This document shows positions 8,036 through 18,338 of a DNA stretch of 64,000 bases, piece by piece. The stretch spans positions 19,795-83,794 of the forward strand of contig JBAZXO010000001.1 of assembly GCA_041659785.1 (NCBI GenBank). The letters are read 5' to 3'. Within the stretch, counting starts at the first letter, position 1, and every line of letters begins with the position of its first letter. The notes beneath the pieces were generated by a model, which worked only from the letters and a program-made list of their open reading frames with translations, was not told the origin of the DNA and ran no database searches. Position numbers and translations under genes: made by a program. This stretch comes from Minisyncoccota bacterium (GTDB taxonomy: Bacteria; Patescibacteriota; Minisyncoccia; Phycocordibacterales; UBA9973).

Positions 8036-9334
8036 ATGCTCAAATCAAACTTGTCCCGCCGTGGCGGGGTAAAAGGATCAAATAAAATATATCTAGATTA
8101 TGCTGCGAGTGTAGAAGCGAATCCTAGTTCGATACATTCATTTGGCGTAGATGCAAAAATAAAACTTCAAAATGCGCGAAAAGAAGTAGCGAGTGTTTTA
8201 GGCTCTAGACCTGAAGAAATAATTTTTACGAGCGGTGGCACAGAAAGCAACAACCTTGCGATACAAGGAGTTGTTTGGTCAATTATTGAAATGCACACAT
8301 ATTCGCCTGTTGGCGAATTGCTCTGCTCGGCTCGTCAGCCCGCGCAAGGCATTTCAAAAACTACCAAACAACTCCTTCCACACATTATAACCACAAACAT
8401 AGAACATCCCTCAGTACTTGAGACTTTTAAATTATTAGAAAAAAGAAAACTCGCACAAATTTCTATAGTAGAAGTTGAAGCAAATGGGATAGTGGATCCA
8501 AAGAAAATAAAAAAAGAAATAAAGGAAAACACAATACTTGTTTCGGTTATGTATGCAAATAATGAAATAGGCACGATTCAGCCAATTCGTGAGATAGCAA
8601 AAGAGATTAGGCATTTTAAGAAAATAAAGGAAATCAATTTTTTCTCAGGTCCTCGGAAAAAATCCCCAGACCGTTCAAAAAAATTATTCCCTTCATTTTC
8701 TTTCCCGTTATTCCACACTGATGCAGTGCAAGCAGTTAATTATTTAGACCTTAATGTAGAAAGGCTCGGTGTGGATTTGCTTTCATTATCTGGCTCAAAA
8801 ATTGAGGGAGGAGGCAAAGTAGGAGTTCTTTATAAAAGAAAAATAGTTAAACTTGCAAATGTATATGGTGGAGGGGATCAAGAAATGGGATTACGTCCAG
8901 GGACAGAAAATTTATCAGAAATTTTGAAATTTTCTAGCGCATTAAAATTAGCGCAAGATATTAAAGAAAAAGAAAGTAAACGATTAACAAAACTTCGTGA
9001 TTATTTTTTTAGAGCCGTAGCGGGTAAGGCAATAATTAACGGTGATCTAAAAAATAGATTACCAAATAATGTGAATATAACGTTTCCAAAAATTCCAAGC
9101 GACCTTTTGGTTATTGAACTTTCTGCGAAAGGTATCATGGCATCTTCGAAAAGCGCTTGCAAAAGTTCCAGCTCAGAAGGTTCATATGTCATAAAAGCAA
9201 TACACCCAGAGATAGATAGAGAGATAGGCGGACTTCGTTTTTCGATGGGCAGAAAGACTACAAAGAAAGATATCGACTATACAATTAAAGTTTTATCTCA
9301 TATTTTGACAAAACTAAAAAAATGGTATGATTAG
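8036..9334 (+). CDS. iscS: Cysteine desulfurase (IscS/NifS class) with two inverted-repeat insertions
   Basis: YLDYAA, NPSS, FTSGGTESNN, IEHPSV, NNEIG, HTDAVQA, PLP Lys in SGSK, catalytic Cys in SAC. Confidence 0.88.
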   Translation: MLKSNLSRRGGVKGSNKIYLDYAASVEANPSSIHSFGVDAKIKLQNARKEVASVLGSRPEEIIFTSGGTESNNLAIQGVVWSIIEMHTYSPVGELLCSARQPAQGISKTTKQLLPHIITTNIEHPSVLETFKLLEKRKLAQISIVEVEANGIVDPKKIKKEIKENTILVSVMYANNEIGTIQPIREIAKEIRHFKKIKEINFFSGPRKKSPDRSKKLFPSFSFPLFHTDAVQAVNYLDLNVERLGVDLLSLSGSKIEGGGKVGVLYKRKIVKLANVYGGGDQEMGLRPGTENLSEILKFSSALKLAQDIKEKESKRLTKLRDYFFRAVAGKAIINGDLKNRLPNNVNITFPKIPSDLLVIELSAKGIMASSKSACKSSSSEGSYVIKAIHPEIDREIGGLRFSMGRKTTKKDIDYTIKVLSHILTKLKKWYD

Positions 9335-9339
9335 GGTAT

Positions 9340-10122
9340 ATGGATATTAAAGATTTAAATAAATCACAACTTATTCTGCTCGCAGTATTGCTTTCCTTCA
9401 TCACTTCTATTGCGACAGGAATTACGACTGTTACGTTGATGCAACAAGCGCCTGTATCTTTTACTGCGCCAATAAATCGTGTCGTTCAGCAAACAATTGA
9501 GAAAATTCAGCAAGTAGAAGGCAAGACTACGGTGCAGACAGTAGTCGTCAAAGAAGAAGACTTAGTCGTAGATGCAATTGCGAAAAATAAATCTGCTGTA
9601 TTTTCTGTAACAAAAGAAACACAAGACGTAGACGGGAAAACTATTGAAGTTTCTGCAGGACGAGGGTTTGCAGTTTCTACTGATGGAGTAATCGTTGTAG
9701 ACGCCACACTTGTACCAGATAAAGGAGTTTATTATGTAAAAAATGAAAGTGGAAAATTTAAAGCAGACTTTATGTCAGCCGATAAGAATGGATTTTCTTT
9801 TCTTAAAGTAGGAGCCTCTTTGAACGGAACAGACAAGCCAGCCTTTACTGTGCCAACTTTTGGAGATTTAAGTAAAATGAAAATAGGACAACAGGTTTTA
9901 GTTATTGGTAATTCCGTATCTTCTTTTATCTTTGAAGGATTAAATTCAAATAAAAATATAGATGTAAATGTATCAAAATCAAATGTTGGAAGTCTTGTAT
10001 TAAATCTAGACGGTGAAGCCTTAGGCATTGCACTATCTCCAGATACCTCATCATTTGCCTCAATTGAAAGCATCACAAACGCACTTAAGGGTTCTGATGC
10101 GCCAGCTCCTAAAGCTCTCTAA
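9340..10122 (+). CDS. HtrA/trypsin-like serine protease homolog, catalytic residues degenerate
   Basis: N-terminal TM, G-x-GF-x-VS-x-DG, L-x-IGQ-x-V, LNLDGE-x-x-GI; GNSGG is replaced by SNVGS. Confidence 0.65.
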   Translation: MDIKDLNKSQLILLAVLLSFITSIATGITTVTLMQQAPVSFTAPINRVVQQTIEKIQQVEGKTTVQTVVVKEEDLVVDAIAKNKSAVFSVTKETQDVDGKTIEVSAGRGFAVSTDGVIVVDATLVPDKGVYYVKNESGKFKADFMSADKNGFSFLKVGASLNGTDKPAFTVPTFGDLSKMKIGQQVLVIGNSVSSFIFEGLNSNKNIDVNVSKSNVGSLVLNLDGEALGIALSPDTSSFASIESITNALKGSDAPAPKAL

Positions 10123-10166
10123 AATTACTTTTTACTTTATAACTTTAAGAACTTTTAACTTATTTT

Positions 10167-12869
10167 ATGCCACCATTAAATAAATTTACAACTAAAGCTA
10201 AAGATGCCATTAAAAAAGCCCACGAGCTGGCTATTGAACGTGGGGTAAACCATGTTTCTTCACTGCATTTACTCGCAGCTCTTTTGCTTGCTGAAGAATC
10301 AATGGTGAATTCTATTTTAGATAAATTGGAAATCGATACAATGTTATTGACTGATTCTGTTTTAGAATTAATTGAATTACCAGAATCCCACAGTACTATC
10401 TCACCGTCTTATCAGATTTATCTCAATCCTGATTTAGCTCAAATCATCGAACAATCAGCAAAGTTAGCAGAATATATGAAAGATGATTTCGTTTCAACGG
10501 AGCACCTTTTTATTGCAATCCTCGAAGTTACGAGTGAGGCACGTGAATTGTTGGCTAAATTTAGAATTCATAAAGATCAAGTTGTAAAAGTTTTAGAAGA
10601 ACTTCGTAGCCAAAATATTACTGAAAATTCTGAACCAAAGAAATTTAAATTACTAATAAAATACACTCGCAATTTAACTAAATTGGCGAAAGAAGATAAA
10701 TTAGATCCAGTCATTGGACGTGATAATGAAATAACTCGCATCATGCAGATACTCTCACGCCGAACGAAGAACAATCCTATTTTAATAGGAGAAGCAGGCA
10801 CAGGTAAGACAGCTGTGGTGGAAGGACTCGCTCAGATGATTGCTAAAGGAAATGTTCCAGAATCATTAAAAGAAAAAGATCTCGTTTCTCTTGATTTAGG
10901 CATGCTCGTAGCCGGTACAAAGTATCGTGGAGAATTTGAAGAAAGGTTAAAAGGTATTATGAAAGAGATTGAGCGATCAGATGGTAAAATAATTCTTTTC
11001 ATTGATGAGATTCATACTATCGTCGGTGCGGGTGGTGCAGAAGGTACGATGGATGCTTCAAATATGTTGAAGCCAGCGCTTTCTCGTGGAGAATTGCGTG
11101 CTATAGGTGCGACGACTCTTCGAGAATATCAAAAACATATTGAAAAAGATCCAGCCCTTGCTCGTCGTTTCCAGCCAGTTTATATAGATGAACCTAGTAT
11201 TGAGGATGCCTTTGCAATTTTACGCGGACTCAAGGAGAGGTATGAACTTTTCCATGGCGTAAGAATTACTGACGATGCGATAATCGCAGCTGTTAACCTT
11301 TCTTCTCGTTATATCACAAATAGATTTTTGCCGGATAAAGCTGTGGACTTGATAGACGAAGCTTCTTCGTCGTTGAAAATAATGCTTGAAAACAAGCCAC
11401 CAGTTTTGGAAGACGCTCATAGGAAAATAATGCGTTTAGAAATTGAGAAAGAAGCACTCAAGAAAGAGATAACTTTTGCAAGTGGAGAGAAAAAACAAGA
11501 TAAACAAAAAATACAAGAAGATAAAAATAGAATAAAAGAAATTGATAAAGAAATAGGAAATTTGACTGAAAAAACAAAAGAACTTGAATTAAAATGGCAG
11601 AATGAAAAAAATATTGTCCTTGAAATTAGAGGTATTAAGAAAGATATGGAAAGTATCAGGTTGGAGGCAGAAGAAGCAGAGATGAAAGCGGATCTTTCTC
11701 TGGCTGCAGAAATACGTTATGGAAAGTTACCAGCATTAAAGAAAGAACTCGATACAAAACTCGCACGATTAAAGAAGTTACAGAAATCGCGCAGAATTTT
11801 AAAAGAAGAAATTACTGCTGAGGATATAGCAGAAGTAGTGGCTCGTTGGACAGGCATACCTCTCAACAAAATGCTTGAAGAAGAAAGAGAGAAGCTCGAG
11901 AAAATGGAAGATGAGTTGAGTAAGAGAGTAGTCGGTCAAGACGCTGCTATAAAAAGAGTAGCAGATGTCGTTCGTCGTTCTCGTGCAGGCATTGGAGACC
12001 CCAATAGACCCATCGGTTCATTTATTTTCCTTGGTCCGACTGGAGTAGGAAAAACAGAGCTTACTAAAGCCTTGGGCCAATTTATGTTCAATGACGACAA
12101 TGCCATCATCCGTGTAGATATGTCTGAGTACACAGAAAGGCATTCAATGTCTAAGCTTATTGGTTCTCCTCCAGGATATGTCGGCTATGATGAAGCAGGT
12201 CAATTGACTGAAGCTGTGCGTCATCGCCCATACTCAGTAATACTTTTTGATGAGATTGAGAAAGCTCATCCAGAAGTTTTTAATATGCTTCTTCAGCTTA
12301 TTGACGAGGGACGTCTTACTGATGGTAAAGGAAGGGTAGTTAACTTTAAAAATACTATTATTATCTTGACCTCGAATATCGGTTCACAATTTGTAGAAAA
12401 AATGGAATCGATTGGCTTTTCTAACAATTCAGAGAGACAGGATTATGGAAACATGAAAGAAAAAGTTATGAATGCATTGAAGGATAATTTCCGCCCAGAA
12501 TTTTTGAATCGCCTAGATGAGATAATTGTTTTCGATGTCTTGTCAGAAGAGGCCTTAAAAGAGATAGTTAATTTGCGAATAAAGGTTGTCGTTAATCGTT
12601 TAGCAAGTAAAGGAATAAAATTTGAAATTGAAAATGAGGCGCTTTCTTTGCTAGCCAAGGAGGGCTATGATCCGCATTTCGGAGCAAGGCCACTTAATCG
12701 CCTAATCCAGAACAAGATTTTGAATTCAGTTGCTTCTTATATTATTTCGAACAAAGTTTCAAAAGGGGACACAGTTTATGTTTCTGCGAAAAACAATGAA
12801 CTTGTTATCGAAACCAAAAAAGCGAAAATCAAAAGCTCGATTAGAGTAAGAAATCGTTCTTCAGTTTAG
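10167..12869 (+). CDS. clpB: ATP-dependent chaperone ClpB
   Basis: Two AAA+ modules ([16 protein letters not shown]), long middle coiled coil, GSPPGYVG. Confidence 0.95.
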   Translation: MPPLNKFTTKAKDAIKKAHELAIERGVNHVSSLHLLAALLLAEESMVNSILDKLEIDTMLLTDSVLELIELPESHSTISPSYQIYLNPDLAQIIEQSAKLAEYMKDDFVSTEHLFIAILEVTSEARELLAKFRIHKDQVVKVLEELRSQNITENSEPKKFKLLIKYTRNLTKLAKEDKLDPVIGRDNEITRIMQILSRRTKNNPILIGEAGTGKTAVVEGLAQMIAKGNVPESLKEKDLVSLDLGMLVAGTKYRGEFEERLKGIMKEIERSDGKIILFIDEIHTIVGAGGAEGTMDASNMLKPALSRGELRAIGATTLREYQKHIEKDPALARRFQPVYIDEPSIEDAFAILRGLKERYELFHGVRITDDAIIAAVNLSSRYITNRFLPDKAVDLIDEASSSLKIMLENKPPVLEDAHRKIMRLEIEKEALKKEITFASGEKKQDKQKIQEDKNRIKEIDKEIGNLTEKTKELELKWQNEKNIVLEIRGIKKDMESIRLEAEEAEMKADLSLAAEIRYGKLPALKKELDTKLARLKKLQKSRRILKEEITAEDIAEVVARWTGIPLNKMLEEEREKLEKMEDELSKRVVGQDAAIKRVADVVRRSRAGIGDPNRPIGSFIFLGPTGVGKTELTKALGQFMFNDDNAIIRVDMSEYTERHSMSKLIGSPPGYVGYDEAGQLTEAVRHRPYSVILFDEIEKAHPEVFNMLLQLIDEGRLTDGKGRVVNFKNTIIILTSNIGSQFVEKMESIGFSNNSERQDYGNMKEKVMNALKDNFRPEFLNRLDEIIVFDVLSEEALKEIVNLRIKVVVNRLASKGIKFEIENEALSLLAKEGYDPHFGARPLNRLIQNKILNSVASYIISNKVSKGDTVYVSAKNNELVIETKKAKIKSSIRVRNRSSV

Positions 12870-12875
12870 ATTTTA

Positions 12876-12961
12876 TGGTGCGTCGGGAAGGATTCGAACC
12901 TTCGTAGCCCGAAGGCGACAGATTTACAGTCTGTTGTAATTGACCACTCTACCACCGACGC
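12876..12961 (-). tRNA. tRNA-Tyr(GTA), CCA encoded
   Basis: ACAGA-CT-GTA-AA-TCTGT anticodon arm and long variable arm. Confidence 0.95.
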
Positions 12962-13094
12962 ATATATTTACTTTTCAACGTATTAGAATCTTACATCAAT
13001 ACTATAGTTTTTCCTGCACACCCTATACCGATGCATGCATATAAAATAACATAAAATTATATTTTTTGCATTCTTTTTAAGAAGAGATTTATAC

Positions 13095-13127
13095 TTCATA
13101 AAGATTTCACCTTAAAAGTGGTATCAT
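13095..13127 (+). promoter_or_regulatory. Putative OmpR-type tandem box plus -10 (autoregulated promoter)
   Basis: TTCAT-N6-TTCAC followed by TGgTATCAT, 6 nt before the ATG. Confidence 0.5.
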
Positions 13128-13133
13128 AAATGT

Positions 13134-13802
13134 ATGAAGATATTAGTCGTTGAGGACAATACAAAATTGGCAGAAAATTTAAAACAAGGCCTGATGCAAG
13201 AAGGTTATGCTGTTGATGTGATCGAAGATGGCTTGGTCGCAGAACGACGTATACTATTTAACCGCGACGAATATGACCTTGTGGTTTTAGATAGAATGCT
13301 CCCTGGGAAAGATGGTATCTTGGTTTGTGATAGCTGGCGAGAAAATGGTGTTATTGTTCCGATATTAATGCTTACGGCTCTTTCTACTACCGACGACAAA
13401 GTTATTGGGCTTGATGCAGGAGCAGACGATTATTTAGCTAAACCATTTGCCTTCAAGGAATTACTTGCTCGTATACATGCACTTTTGAGGCGTCCTAAAC
13501 AATCTTCGCCCGTTGTGCTTACTTCTGGTAATATTAATATGAACACAACGAGCAGGACAGTAAATTACAAGAATAAACCAGTTTCCCTTACTTTAAAAGA
13601 ATTTATGGTGCTTGAGTATTTAATGCGCAATCTAAACAAGGTGATTACCAGAGATGAACTTTATTCGCATGCATGGGATTTTGCAGACTCATCATTTAGT
13701 AATACTGTCGATGTACACATAAAAAATCTAAGAAAAAAAATTCATGATAATGGAAAAATTATACAAACAATTAGAGGAGTTGGTTACAAAATGGAAGGTT
13801 AA
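13134..13802 (+). CDS. OmpR/PhoB-family response regulator
   Basis: ILVVED, LD-x-MLPG, GADDYL-x-KPF, winged helix ending TIRGVGY. Confidence 0.95.
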   Translation: MKILVVEDNTKLAENLKQGLMQEGYAVDVIEDGLVAERRILFNRDEYDLVVLDRMLPGKDGILVCDSWRENGVIVPILMLTALSTTDDKVIGLDAGADDYLAKPFAFKELLARIHALLRRPKQSSPVVLTSGNINMNTTSRTVNYKNKPVSLTLKEFMVLEYLMRNLNKVITRDELYSHAWDFADSSFSNTVDVHIKNLRKKIHDNGKIIQTIRGVGYKMEG

Positions 13803-14778
13803 TCGTAAGAACGATGAATTTTTTGTAGCGCGACTCAGGCTCACTTTATATTATTCTGTTACAGCAATAGTAATTTTGGGTAGTTCAAGTATTGTGCTTT
13901 ACAACACAATTCTTTCTAATTTTACCCAATCAATTTTGGATAATATTTTTCTGGACCCTAGGACTGCCAGATTAATCATAGACAGAGCCCAAGATATATT
14001 ATTAAATCGTTTTATCACAATAGATTTGATCATAATATTTTTTGTTATTATTTTAGGATTTTTGCTTACTTATAAGACGCTGGAACCAATTAAATTTAAT
14101 ATGCAAAAGCAAAAGAGATTTATTGCTGATGCTTCTCATGAATTGCGTACCCCTATCGCAGTAGTCATCTCTGGGCTTGAGGTTAATCTTAGTAATAAGA
14201 ACTTGGATATTGTAGGAGCTAAAAAAACATTAGAAAATACCCTAGAAGAAATGAGAGAATTTTCTAAACTTAGCAATAATTTACTTGATTTGTCTAAATA
14301 CGATACGCCAAGACAGACGGAATATAAAAATGTGCATATAGATGAGCTAGTGAAATCTATTGTGGAAAAAAATAAAAATTTAGCTAAGATAAAAAATATA
14401 AATATTGAAATAAAAATAGAAATACCTGTAATCGTACGAGGTAGTGAGATCGAATTGAGTCGTGTGTTTTTTAATATCTTGGATAATGCAATCAAACATA
14501 CAAATGACGGGGGAGCCATAACCGTGTCAGAGAAAATTGTTTTAGGTAAATATATTGTAACGATTGGTGATAATGGTGTAGGAATCAGAGAGGATATTTT
14601 AAACAAAATATTCGATCCATTTTTCAGGGGAAATGAAGCACGAAATACAGAAGGTGCAGGCCTCGGGCTCACTTTATCAAAAAAGATTGTTGAGAATCAC
14701 AAAGGAACAATTTCTATAAAAAGCCAAGTAAATAAAGGCACGAACGTTATAATCTCCTTGCCAGTCTCTTCACAGTAA
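13750..14778 (+). CDS. Sensor histidine kinase (2 TM, HisKA, HATPase)
   Basis: ASHELRTP H-box, NILDNAIK, DNGVGI, GAGLGL. Confidence 0.93.
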   Translation: MEKLYKQLEELVTKWKVNRKNDEFFVARLRLTLYYSVTAIVILGSSSIVLYNTILSNFTQSILDNIFLDPRTARLIIDRAQDILLNRFITIDLIIIFFVIILGFLLTYKTLEPIKFNMQKQKRFIADASHELRTPIAVVISGLEVNLSNKNLDIVGAKKTLENTLEEMREFSKLSNNLLDLSKYDTPRQTEYKNVHIDELVKSIVEKNKNLAKIKNINIEIKIEIPVIVRGSEIELSRVFFNILDNAIKHTNDGGAITVSEKIVLGKYIVTIGDNGVGIREDILNKIFDPFFRGNEARNTEGAGLGLTLSKKIVENHKGTISIKSQVNKGTNVIISLPVSSQ

Positions 14779-14800
14779 CTTCATTTAATAAAGATAATAT
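14769..14800 (+). promoter_or_regulatory. Second putative OmpR-type tandem box plus -10
   Basis: TTCAC-N6-TTCAT followed by TAATAT. Confidence 0.45.
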
Positions 14801-14859
14801 AAATATACACTATAGTCGTAGTGTAGACGATTATTAATTTATTCATTTAACTTAAATAC

Positions 14860-15288
14860 ATGAAATACAAAAAACAAATAGCCACAGGTGCACTTGCAAT
14901 ATCATTATTAGTATCAGGTTCTAGCGTTTTTGCTGCGAGCCCTCAAGATCTAGGGATCAAAAATGTACACTCAACTTATCAAAAGCAAAACAAAAATAAT
15001 AAAAATTTAAAAAACAGAAAGATGGGTAAGAATAATATTGTTGGAACCATCGGAGCATTGACTGCTACAGGCTTTACGGTAGATGTAAGGAATATGAAAA
15101 CTAAAATCGCCTCTTCAGTAGATGTTAAAACAGATACTTCTACTATTTATAAGAAAGATGGAATTAGTGCTACATCACTCGATCTTGCCGTAGGACAAAA
15201 GGTAATTGTTGCTGGTACTTTAGATAAAACGATAAATATTTTAACAGCTAAAACAGTAAAGATAGTTACTAACAAGAAAAACTTGTAG
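14860..15288 (+). CDS. Secreted DUF5666-like (OB-fold) protein
   Basis: Signal peptide; DLAVGQKV-x-V-x-G...LTAK-x-V motif. Confidence 0.65.
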   Translation: MKYKKQIATGALAISLLVSGSSVFAASPQDLGIKNVHSTYQKQNKNNKNLKNRKMGKNNIVGTIGALTATGFTVDVRNMKTKIASSVDVKTDTSTIYKKDGISATSLDLAVGQKVIVAGTLDKTINILTAKTVKIVTNKKNL

Positions 15289-15346
15289 TTTTTTAAAAAG
15301 AATGTTATTATAAAGAGAAGCTCATATATTTTTTGGGCTTTTTTTT

Positions 15347-17146
15347 ATGGAAATTAGAAATATAGCAATAATAGCTCACGTGGACCACGGCAAGACGACC
15401 TTGACTGATGCTTTAATGAAGCAAAATGGTGGATTGCAAGATGAGGGAGTATCAATGGATTCAAACGATCTTGAAAAAGAGCGTGGTATTACCATTTATT
15501 CTAAAAACACCTCGATTAATTATAAAGATACAAAGATAAACATTGTAGATACTCCTGGTCACGCAGACTTCGGTTCTGAGGTGGAACGTGTTTTGCGCGC
15601 AATTGATTCAGTTCTGTTGCTCGTGGATGCAGCTGAAGGCCCAATGCCACAGACTAGATTCGTTCTAAAGAAATCTCTAGAATTAGGATTGAAGCCAATC
15701 GTGGTTATAAACAAAATAGATAAACCAGCAGCTGATGCACACAGGGTGCATGAAGAAGTTTTAGATTTATTTTTCGAACTAGGCGCTAATGAAGAGCAAG
15801 CAAATTTCGAAACTATTTATGCAATAGGACGTGAAGGTAAAGCATTTAGACATTTAGATGATAAGTCTGAAGACCTTTCTCCTTTACTTGATTTAATATT
15901 AGAAAAAGTTGCACCAGCTTCTCTCGACGAAGAAGGAAAAATGTCTGCACAAGTTTTTAACCTAGGTTATGATAATTTCTTAGGAAGAATGGCTATCGCA
16001 CGTATTTATTCTGGAAAAATGTTATCTGGAAGTCAGGTATTCGTTAAAGGTGAAAATGGAACACGAAAAGGTAAAATCACAAAGCTTTTTTCTTTTGAAG
16101 GGATAAACAGAAAAGAGATAGAGTATGCAACTTCTGGTGACATAGTCTTACTATCTGGAATTCCAGATATTTATATTGGAGAAACATTATGTGAAGATGA
16201 GAGCATCACACCATTACCGCACATCGCTATCGATGAGCCAACCCTTTCCCTTAATTTTTTAGTTAACGATTCTCCTTTTGCTGGGAAAGAAGGTAAATTC
16301 CTTACCTCAAGACAAATTAAAGAAAGACTAGAAAAAGAATTAGAAATAAACGTTGGACTTAAGGTTGATTTTTCTCCGGACCAGGGCGACAAAATGGGTC
16401 CTTCCTTTTTTAAAGTATACGGCCGAGGTGAACTTCATATTGCAATCTTGCTTGAAAATATGCGCAGAGAAGGTTTCGAGATGCAAGTTTCTCAACCAGA
16501 AGTTATTATCAAAGAAGAAAATGGGGTAAAAACAGAGCCATATGAAGAGCTCGTGATTGATGTTCCGATGGAATCAAGCGGATCTGTAATAGAAAAAATT
16601 GGGAAAAGGCGTGGTCTCATGAGAGACATGGTAGAGAAAGAAGGTATAGCTAGAATTATTTTTGATATACCTACACGTGGTCTCTTGGGTTACCGTAGTG
16701 AATTTATTATAGACACAAAAGGAGAGGGAATAATGTCTTCTCGGGTTACTGGCTTCAGAGAATACGCTGGAGAAATCAAAAAAAGGGAGTACGGCTCTAT
16801 GGCTTCTATGGTATCTGGTAAGGCAGTAGCCTTTTCACTTGCAAATTTACAGGAACGTGGTATATTGTATGTAGATCACGGTACTGAGGTTTATGAAGGA
16901 ATGGTTGTCGGTAACGTTTTGAAAGGAGACGACATGTCTGTTAACCCCACAAAAGGTAAACAGCTCACAAACATGCGAGCTTCTGGTACAGACGAAGCTA
17001 TCACCCTTAACCCTGTTTTTACCTTGAGTATCGAACGTGGTCTTGAGGTTATGAATGGAGATGAATATTTAGAAATCACACCAAAATCTGTTCGACTTCG
17101 TAAAAAATATCTTACAGAGATTGACCGAATTAAAGCAAAGAGATAA
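15347..17146 (+). CDS. typA: Translational GTPase TypA/BipA
   Basis: RNIAIIAHVDHGKTT, ERGITI, GRGELH, K-x-LTNMRASG-x-D. Confidence 0.97.
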   Translation: MEIRNIAIIAHVDHGKTTLTDALMKQNGGLQDEGVSMDSNDLEKERGITIYSKNTSINYKDTKINIVDTPGHADFGSEVERVLRAIDSVLLLVDAAEGPMPQTRFVLKKSLELGLKPIVVINKIDKPAADAHRVHEEVLDLFFELGANEEQANFETIYAIGREGKAFRHLDDKSEDLSPLLDLILEKVAPASLDEEGKMSAQVFNLGYDNFLGRMAIARIYSGKMLSGSQVFVKGENGTRKGKITKLFSFEGINRKEIEYATSGDIVLLSGIPDIYIGETLCEDESITPLPHIAIDEPTLSLNFLVNDSPFAGKEGKFLTSRQIKERLEKELEINVGLKVDFSPDQGDKMGPSFFKVYGRGELHIAILLENMRREGFEMQVSQPEVIIKEENGVKTEPYEELVIDVPMESSGSVIEKIGKRRGLMRDMVEKEGIARIIFDIPTRGLLGYRSEFIIDTKGEGIMSSRVTGFREYAGEIKKREYGSMASMVSGKAVAFSLANLQERGILYVDHGTEVYEGMVVGNVLKGDDMSVNPTKGKQLTNMRASGTDEAITLNPVFTLSIERGLEVMNGDEYLEITPKSVRLRKKYLTEIDRIKAKR

Positions 17147-17174
17147 CCCACGCCACGGCGGGGCAAGAAAATTT

Positions 17175-18206
17175 ATGGCAACAATATCTTTTAAACCACA
17201 AAAAATAACTAAAAAAATAACCTCACATCTTCAAGATCGCGCTCTAGATGTAATCATGAATCGTTTCGGTTTGACAGCCGACGGTAAGAAGAAAACCCTT
17301 GAAGAAATTGGTAAAAAATACAACATTACACGAGAACGTGTTCGTCAGGTTGAAGAGGCAGCTCTTAGTCTTGTAAAAAAGTCCGATGCTTATAAAAACG
17401 AGCAAGCAATTTTTGATGAATTAAAACAAATAGTACATAACCTCGGATCTATCGTCGCTGAACACGAATTCTTACCTTATATTTCTAAAGATAAAAATAC
17501 TCAAAATCATATTAACTTTTTCTTAGTATTAGCTGATGTTTTCAAGAAGCATCGTGAAGATGATCATTTTCATACTCGTTACAGCGTAGATGATTCTATG
17601 GCTGATAAGGTTCATGAAACTCTTCGAAAACTTTATTCTAGTCTAAAAGATGAAGACCTCATTCCTGAGACTGAAATGATTAAAAAGTTTTTTGATCAAA
17701 TGAAAGATGTTGCTGAGGAATACAGAGATGCAGAAATGGCCAAGAGATGGCTCTCTATGTCTAAGACTATTGCAAAAAATGAACTAGGAGAATGGGGTAA
17801 AGCTTCTTCTCCCAATATTCGTACTCGTGGTGTTAAAGATTATGCTTTCCTCGTTATGAGACGTCATGGTTCTCCAATGCATTTCAAGGAAGTGGCAGAT
17901 TCTATTTCTAAAACTTTTGGTAAAAAAATACATTATGCAACATGCCACAATGAACTTATTAAAGACTCTCGTTTCGTCTTAGTGGGCCGTGGAATGTATG
18001 CTCTTGCTGAATGGGGTTATAAAGCAGGTATTGCTCGTGAGGTCATTCAAGATATACTAAAGAGGGAAGGAGCTCCATTATCTAAAGAGGATATTGTCAC
18101 GAAAGTAATGAAAGAAAGATATTTCAAGAAAAATACTATTTTAGTCAATCTTGCTAACTCAAAATATTTCAAGAAAAACTCAAAAGGGCTTTATACCCTA
18201 GCTTAA
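17175..18206 (+). CDS. Sigma70 region-4 HTH + HARE-HTH (RNAP delta-like) protein
   Basis: RFGL...TLEEIG...ITRERVRQ; C-terminal HNELIKD.RFVLVGRG.YAL.EWG. Confidence 0.75.
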   Translation: MATISFKPQKITKKITSHLQDRALDVIMNRFGLTADGKKKTLEEIGKKYNITRERVRQVEEAALSLVKKSDAYKNEQAIFDELKQIVHNLGSIVAEHEFLPYISKDKNTQNHINFFLVLADVFKKHREDDHFHTRYSVDDSMADKVHETLRKLYSSLKDEDLIPETEMIKKFFDQMKDVAEEYRDAEMAKRWLSMSKTIAKNELGEWGKASSPNIRTRGVKDYAFLVMRRHGSPMHFKEVADSISKTFGKKIHYATCHNELIKDSRFVLVGRGMYALAEWGYKAGIAREVIQDILKREGAPLSKEDIVTKVMKERYFKKNTILVNLANSKYFKKNSKGLYTLA

Positions 18207-18212
18207 ACTTAA

Positions 18213-18294
18213 CTCCCTAAATCCCCCTTATCAGGGGGACTTCTAATACCACGTATTTTCTCTCCCCTGACAAGGGGAGGATCAGGGAGGGGTT
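18213..18294. repeat. Paired GC-rich palindromes (DUF559-flank family)
   Basis: TCCCCCT-TATC-AGGGGGA and CTCCCCT-GACA-AGGGGAG...GGGAGGGG. Confidence 0.65.
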
Positions 18295-18338
18295 GTGTTC
18301 TGCTTTGTTTATTTTGCTTTTTATACTAAAATAAGAGC

